Below, piece after piece: positions 59,217 through 64,000 of a stretch of 64,000 nucleotides of DNA. Source of the DNA: a virus; IMG/VR virus record IMGVR_UViG_3300045412_000547. One strand, given 5' to 3'. The position numbers were made by a program, and so were the translations under genes. The notes under the pieces were generated by a model. It was not told the origin of the DNA. It saw nothing but the letters and a program-made list of their open reading frames with translations, and did not search any database. Numbering within the stretch: the first letter of the stretch is position 1; each line of letters begins with the position of its first letter.

Positions 59217-59567
59217 ATGAAAATTAATAAAAATTGTGTTTGTAAGGAGACTAAAAAGTTAAATAGAAAAATTAGGGAGCTTTTTGTTAGGGAGATAGAT
59301 AAAGTAAAGTTAAAGAATTATAGGGGGGTGTGTAAGGGAGAGGATGTGGTAAAATATAATTGTGATAGGTATAAAAATAAATTAAAGAAGGGGTATAGTG
59401 TGGTGTGGAAAAGTATGGTATTGGCTGATAATAGGGAGAAGGAATATAAAAATAAGTTAATGGTGGTGTGGAAGAATATAATTAAAAAAATTGGTAAGGG
59501 GTGGGAGTATAGAGAATTTGATGGAAGGGTGGGAATGTATAAATTATTTGTTACAAAAACTCTGTAG
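59217..59567 (+). CDS. Basic early protein encoded by an almost cytosine-free coding strand
   Basis: TTGACC-N16-TATAAT-N6-ATG; 116 open codons; 6 C in 351 nt. Confidence 0.7.
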   Translation: MKINKNCVCKETKKLNRKIRELFVREIDKVKLKNYRGVCKGEDVVKYNCDRYKNKLKKGYSVVWKSMVLADNREKEYKNKLMVVWKNIIKKIGKGWEYREFDGRVGMYKLFVTKTL

Positions 59568-59733
59568 GGTCTCTGTCTTCAAAGACTTCTTCTAAGTCTT
59601 CTAAAGATGTATTTAACCAGTCTACTTCTGCTAAAGCTGCTTTTATCCTATCATTTTGTTCCTGTTCGCCCTCAGTAATATTCACGTTTTCCTTTATGTC
59701 CGCTTCTTTATTTTCAGAATTTCTGTTTATCAT
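59551..59733 (-). CDS. Small acidic hypothetical protein
   Basis: 60-aa ORF convergent on 59217-59567. Confidence 0.5.
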   Translation of the reverse strand: MINRNSENKEADIKENVNITEGEQEQNDRIKAALAEVDWLNTSLEDLEEVFEDRDPTEFL

Positions 59734-59740
59734 ACCTATA

Positions 59741-59947
59741 TTAATTTATAAGTTCTAATGCTAGATCCAAAATTTCTTCATCCGATTTAAAAGCGGCCTC
59801 TTCTTGAAAGCGCCGAATTTTGTAATCACTCCAGCCTTGTTTTCTGGCCGCTTTAGACATGGCCGTTATAATAGATACTGTATTCAGCCTTTCTAAAGAT
59901 AGAAGGTTTAGGTCAAGCTTATCTACATCTGGTATGTCCATGATCAT
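59741..59947 (-). CDS. Hypothetical protein
   Basis: SKAARKQGWS..I..F.EEA pattern. Confidence 0.55.
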   Translation of the reverse strand: MIMDIPDVDKLDLNLLSLERLNTVSIITAMSKAARKQGWSDYKIRRFQEEAAFKSDEEILDLALELIN

Positions 59948-60171
59948 ATAATATGATATATGATTTAAGCGGGGTTACAAGCTCTTTTCTTTGCCGATAT
60001 AGGCTACTCTGAGTATATATAGTTTATCCCTTTCTCTGTCGACTAGCTTATAAGCCTTCCTACCGTAAAGAGGCCGACATCTCTTGGCCGGGCTGCTGCC
60101 CCCGGAGGGATTAAACCTCGGGGGGGCTGATATTCTGCAACAGGGATAATCGTTGTCTAAACTTTTTTGAG

Positions 60172-60450
60172 TCACTTACTAATTCGGATTATAGGGTACT
60201 CTGTTACCCGAGAATGCTTGGTAACCCAAGGCTGTCCCAGCTTCTCAATAACCGCTTTTATATCTAACGTCGTCCGAGTCGACGTTAAAATATGGAGGTC
60301 ACCGTGAGAGGTTTCAATACAAGGAAGACCAGATTCCTTGATTATCTCAGAGAGAGGTTTAAGGGCCTCCTGGAGTTGGTCGAGTGCCCTCTTAACTTTG
60401 ATATATTTGACTGCTGTTTTTTCTAATTCTGAGGTGGCTAATGTTGTCAT
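60172..60450 (-). CDS. Hypothetical protein (start MTTLAT)
   Basis: Coiled coil then RTTLDIKAV; ATGA coupling with the upstream ORF. Confidence 0.55.
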   Translation of the reverse strand: MTTLATSELEKTAVKYIKVKRALDQLQEALKPLSEIIKESGLPCIETSHGDLHILTSTRTTLDIKAVIEKLGQPWVTKHSRVTEYPIIRISK

Positions 60451-60659
60451 ACAACTAATACCTTTCCGTAGATGAGGATCTGGATAAAGAATACCATACC
60501 CATTAACCACATAACTACTTTTGCAGCTTTCACGAAGCCATTATCTGTCATACTGTCATTGAAGGGAAAGGATGCACAGCTTAAAGCTGCTATCCCTACC
60601 CACTTTAATATATCTAGATACAAAGGCGTGTATTGCAGGACTGCGTTAAAGTCTTTCAT
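60447..60659 (-). CDS. Small membrane protein
   Basis: Two hydrophobic segments; AGGAGG SD. Confidence 0.55.
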   Translation of the reverse strand: MKDFNAVLQYTPLYLDILKWVGIAALSCASFPFNDSMTDNGFVKAAKVVMWLMGMVFFIQILIYGKVLVV

Positions 60660-60955
60660 ACAACCTCCTTTTTGTGTTTACCCTTAGCATTGATTCGAAG
60701 AAGTTCTTTCACTTCAATCTCGTCGAAGCCAGTGGGTCTATGGAGTTCAGAACCTATTTTCTCTCGTATTTGATCGAAGTTAAGTCCTTTTCGCAATTCT
60801 CGTATTGCTTCACGGCAAACATAATATGTCTGAAGCTTTTCTACTTCAAGTCCTAAGCGGTCCGCTTTGGCTTTCAAGTATTTTATATTACTTGTTCTTT
60901 TCTTACCAGTAACTAAGCAAACCAGCTTAGGTAATACATTATGTACTTTAGGCAT
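60656..60955 (-). CDS. Hypothetical basic protein (start MPKVHN)
   Basis: AAGGAG SD; upstream TTGACT-N16-CACAAT. Confidence 0.6.
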   Translation of the reverse strand: MPKVHNVLPKLVCLVTGKKRTSNIKYLKAKADRLGLEVEKLQTYYVCREAIRELRKGLNFDQIREKIGSELHRPTGFDEIEVKELLRINAKGKHKKEVV

Positions 60956-61182
60956 TGTTTTTCTCCTTTCATGTCCATATTGTGATAGAAACCCAGAAAT
61001 AGTCAACTAAAAAATGCAGATTTCTTAGTATTTCTATATTTCGGATCTTCGTCCTATTATTATCAACAATTTACATCGACAACATCTGGGTATTTTCGGA
61101 AAAAAACATTTATTCTTTAAGATTTATATAACTTTTTCTAAGAAAAACATAAGATTTTTGCTTTTTTTCGTAAATATTACAA

Positions 61183-61656
61183 ATGAAATATTTTTTTCGA
61201 TTTGGTGAGTATATGCAACTAGATAGAGATAGATATGTATACTCTTGGATTGATGGAAAATGGCATCCCGGAAAGTTAAAATATAATGATAAATTTTTTG
61301 CTTATTTAGAGAATATTCCCCAATTTGTCAAATTATCATTTCTGAATTGTAACAAAAGAAGAGTATATTATTTTTTTAAAAACATCAGTGTGGAAGGAAT
61401 TATTCTACAGGAACCATACTTAGTAAGACGCAATACAAAACAGTTATATTATAAAGGTCGACCCGTGGATTTAGATTCTTTGGAATTGGATTGTTATGAA
61501 GGATCTTGTACTCCGAGAAAAAATGGTGTTTATTTAGACAACGGAGAAAATATGTTAGCCCATGAAATAGAAGACTTTTTAAATTATCTTCCTAAAGAAG
61601 ATTATGAAACTCTTGTTCAAGATATTTACGGTCATGATTCTTCCGCATATTTATAA
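61183..61656 (+). CDS. Possible MxY...SxEG family member with C-terminal extension
   Basis: MKY ... ISVEGI at mid-protein; TAAATA upstream. Confidence 0.55.
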   Translation: MKYFFRFGEYMQLDRDRYVYSWIDGKWHPGKLKYNDKFFAYLENIPQFVKLSFLNCNKRRVYYFFKNISVEGIILQEPYLVRRNTKQLYYKGRPVDLDSLELDCYEGSCTPRKNGVYLDNGENMLAHEIEDFLNYLPKEDYETLVQDIYGHDSSAYL

Positions 61657-61704
61657 CATAAAAATAATGTTGCCTAAATCTCTTTTTCATTTAATATTTG
61701 GTCA

Positions 61705-61920
61705 ATGAAAAGAAAATCTCGTTTTTTACGAAATAAAACTATACTTCGATCTAACCATACCAGCTCATTGAAGAAGTCGGGGACTTGCACGATTGAAAAA
61801 AAAGAGTTCTATCCTACCTTTAAATATGTGTTAAACCAAGCCAATATGTCTTTACTGGAACGATATGCCAAGCAAATAGAAGCGGAAAAAAACAGGAAAA
61901 ATTTTCCCATTAAAGAATAG
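61705..61920 (+). CDS. Hypothetical basic protein
   Basis: 71-aa ORF. Confidence 0.45.
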   Translation: MKRKSRFLRNKTILRSNHTSSLKKSGTCTIEKKEFYPTFKYVLNQANMSLLERYAKQIEAEKNRKNFPIKE

Positions 61921-61944
61921 CTAATAACTTCTATAAGACTATAA

Positions 61945-62304
61945 ATGACCAAAAAAGAACAAAAGGAGCTAGAAGAAGATAAAAAGCTGTTTATGTCTTG
62001 GTCTCAGGATTTAGATAACCCTATCAATACCTATATGGTGATTTTGTCTAGTCTTTGTGCATTCTTATTGGAAAAACCTAATAATGTCAAAGAGCTTTGT
62101 CAGAGAATGTTTCTCGATTTTCAAGAAAGTAACGCTTTGGAAATTTCCACCGAAGTCAAAAAGCCAGATGATTTAACTGAAGTGGTGGCAAAAGGCTTAG
62201 AATTCTGTGTTCAATTTGATTTAGTTTTACTCAAGGCGGGGCGCTACTTTTTGACTGAAAAAGGTTTTAAGATTGGAAAACAAGTTCGTAGCTTTAAATA
62301 TTAA
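61945..62304 (+). CDS. Hypothetical protein, possible winged helix
   Basis: C-terminal LV...GRYFLTEKG wing motif. Confidence 0.5.
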   Translation: MTKKEQKELEEDKKLFMSWSQDLDNPINTYMVILSSLCAFLLEKPNNVKELCQRMFLDFQESNALEISTEVKKPDDLTEVVAKGLEFCVQFDLVLLKAGRYFLTEKGFKIGKQVRSFKY

Positions 62305-62345
62305 AATAATATATAAACAAAAGTATAAATATAATAAATAATTTT

Positions 62346-62555
62346 ATGAACTGCCCTTTATGTGAAGAATTAAAAGTCTTATCTGAAGAAGATTTAAATG
62401 TAAAGTATTTACAAGCCGTAGAAGTTTTAAAGGCTTCTACACATACCACAGATTTATTGATGGAAAATGTAAATCTCATCAAATTAATTGAAAACGAGTT
62501 TTCTTTTCGGGGAGTAGATTTTTCTGCCCTGAAATCAAGCTTTATAGAGATATAG
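62346..62555 (+). CDS. Hypothetical late protein
   Basis: TAAATA 5 nt upstream; CPLC. Confidence 0.5.
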   Translation: MNCPLCEELKVLSEEDLNVKYLQAVEVLKASTHTTDLLMENVNLIKLIENEFSFRGVDFSALKSSFIEI

Positions 62556-62579
62556 GCCTGGAAACATAAGATAAAAGAT

Positions 62580-62972
62580 TTAAGCGTTTAGATAATCCTG
62601 AACCACGAAGCTGTGGGGCTGGTTTTGGACAAGATCTTTTCGGTCAATCGGTCTCCCTTTTCCTCGCATAAATTCTAAAGCTTCTTGTCGGTCTAAGAAG
62701 TTGTTTTTGTCCGTATAAAAACCTTCTATAAATCTCTTTTTGAACGCATCCATCAAGTGGGTGGAGAAAAAGCGATCGGGGTCCATGTTAAATTTCTCCT
62801 CTTTGATCATCGCTTTATAAGCATCTTCATGACTGTCGCCGGTGTACACGTTTTGCGTGACCGTGTCGTAGATAGCCGCGGCGATGATATTCTCATCGGG
62901 ATTCTTTTTTTGGTATAAAGCCGAAGGCGAAATAACGCTATCTTCGTTATAGAAGTCCCCAAACGACTGCAT
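62580..62972 (-). CDS. Hypothetical protein, candidate internal head protein
   Basis: MQSFGDFYNE leader; IIAAAI...H...EGFYTD..FLDRQEA domain. Confidence 0.6.
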   Translation of the reverse strand: MQSFGDFYNEDSVISPSALYQKKNPDENIIAAAIYDTVTQNVYTGDSHEDAYKAMIKEEKFNMDPDRFFSTHLMDAFKKRFIEGFYTDKNNFLDRQEALEFMRGKGRPIDRKDLVQNQPHSFVVQDYLNA

Positions 62973-62977
62973 AATTT

Positions 62978-63286
62978 CTATCTTCTGTAGGGCTGTCCTT
63001 CCATGGAAAATTCAGGAATAGCCATTCCGAGACTATCATAATCATGTTTCCATTCAGAAATAGGAAACACTGTGAAACCCGGTAATTCTTTTTTGAATTT
63101 AGACCAGCGAATGCCTAATTCTTCGGGGGATCTTCCTCCCATAAACTTTTTACCCATGTAGTTTAAAACTATTTTATTTAAATCTAAATTTGAGGGAACA
63201 TATATATACCCTTGTTCTTGAAACTCTCCTTCTTTCGAATAAAGGGCCATTTCTAAAAGGTCATTAACTTTCAGATCAAAATTCAT
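62978..63286 (-). CDS. Hypothetical protein, candidate internal head protein
   Basis: MNFDLKVNDLLE-MALY leader; ends FSMEGQP. Confidence 0.55.
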   Translation of the reverse strand: MNFDLKVNDLLEMALYSKEGEFQEQGYIYVPSNLDLNKIVLNYMGKKFMGGRSPEELGIRWSKFKKELPGFTVFPISEWKHDYDSLGMAIPEFSMEGQPYRR

Positions 63287-63288
63287 GA

Positions 63289-63654
63289 CTATCTATTTTT
63301 TACACAGTTATTAACTCTTTTTCCTCCCTTGAGTTTGGTGCCTTGTTTGTGATATCCTTTCCAACATTTTGGATCAAGTCTTCTCTCTTCATTTTCTTCT
63401 CTAGTTGTAGATTCTTCGCCCTCAGACATGCCTTGTGCAGAAAGAATATCATTAACATGGGCTGCTATGAAATCAACATCAGTAGGAGCTTTGCCTACCA
63501 TTCCCAAATATTTAGTAACATACATTTTTATATTTTGAATATTAAGATTGGGGGTGCCTCTTATTTTGTCAGCTATAATTTTAGCAGCTTGCTCATCGCT
63601 CACAGAGACTCTATTAGCAAAAGCCTCGTATATTAAATGATCGTCTTTTCTCAT
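63289..63654 (-). CDS. Late protein, candidate internal head protein (start revised to MRKDDHLIYE)
   Basis: TAAATA 5 nt upstream; C-terminal CWKGY..GTK.KGGKRVNNCVK mini-motif. Confidence 0.65.
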   Translation of the reverse strand: MRKDDHLIYEAFANRVSVSDEQAAKIIADKIRGTPNLNIQNIKMYVTKYLGMVGKAPTDVDFIAAHVNDILSAQGMSEGEESTTREENEERRLDPKCWKGYHKQGTKLKGGKRVNNCVKNR

Positions 63655-63658
63655 GTAA

Positions 63659-64000
63659 TTATTTATTCTTCTTAAACAACTTAAAATCAAATACTTGTTC
63701 AAATATTTTAGGATCTTGCCTGTATCCCTCTTTCGATTCATCATTTGCATTGGTAGTATATTGCCAACAAAAATACAGAGGATCGGGTGTTTTGAATCCA
63801 AAGAATTTTAGCACTTGTTTTTGGGTATCTACAACGGTTGGATCATTCCAATTGTGTCCAATTCCTATAAACCCTGCATCTATATTTTTAACTATGTTTT
63901 CTTCCCCCAGAGTGCTGTGTCTATTGTCTATCCATGTAAGTCTTTCAATTAATTTTTGATATATACTATTGGCCTGACCCCACCTAACACTGGCAAAAAA
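63659..64000 (-). CDS. Flavodoxin/FMN-reductase-like protein, 5'-truncated by window edge (absent from the ORF track)
   Basis: Open frame FFASVRWGQANSIYQKLIERL...AGFIGIGHNW...KKNK*. Confidence 0.6.
   Translation of the reverse strand, partial: FFASVRWGQANSIYQKLIERLTWIDNRHSTLGEENIVKNIDAGFIGIGHNWNDPTVVDTQKQVLKFFGFKTPDPLYFCWQYTTNANDESKEGYRQDPKIFEQVFDFKLFKKNK

Noticed and set aside
63655-63959. N-terminal extension of 63289-63801 and the + strand ORF 63750-63959
   Set aside because: Region is occupied by the 3' end of a flavodoxin-like gene; the late motif supports a start at 63654
1-64000. Stop-codon reassignment (TAG or TGA recoding)
   Set aside because: Conserved genes are full length in code 11 and all three stops end genes at expected positions
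1-64000. tRNA or rRNA genes
   Set aside because: No cloverleaf with T-loop/D-loop consensus seen in intergenic regions by eye; tRNAscan-SE would be needed to exclude them

Overview
This 64-kb window is part of a large, AT-rich T4-like myovirus genome. From left to right it carries: (1) the 3' part of queE, a methyltransferase and a P-loop nucleotide kinase; (2) a nine-gene glycan-synthesis block at 3.1-10.4 kb (GT2, GT7-like, GT11, GT23/NodZ-like, GT10, two epimerases, a methyltransferase, one unassigned ORF); (3) DUF366, clamp-loader small subunit, GroES-like and DinG-like helicase genes; (4) the head module gp15-gp20-gp13-gp4-gp21-gp22-gp23; (5) a compact 7-deazaguanine DNA-modification operon (TGT-like dpdA, PurN-like dpdN, Nmad1/DUF1599, kinase, queF); (6) the gp5-like spike, guaC and nrdAB; (7) tail-fibre and accessory late genes, an Hc1-like histone mimic and a decayed bilin reductase; (8) an array of small paralogues sharing only their termini (MxY ... 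[FY][ST]xEG); and (9) an early region of single-gene cassettes, many with their own sigma70-like promoter. The most striking unexplained signal is a promoter-driven 116-aa gene (59217-59567) whose coding strand is almost free of cytosine (6 C versus about 101 G), next to a four-promoter hub, in a phage that appears equipped to modify guanine. Many transcripts look leaderless. I found no tRNA, rRNA, CRISPR array, intron or reverse transcriptase by eye. Family assignments come from motif recognition only and counts are manual.
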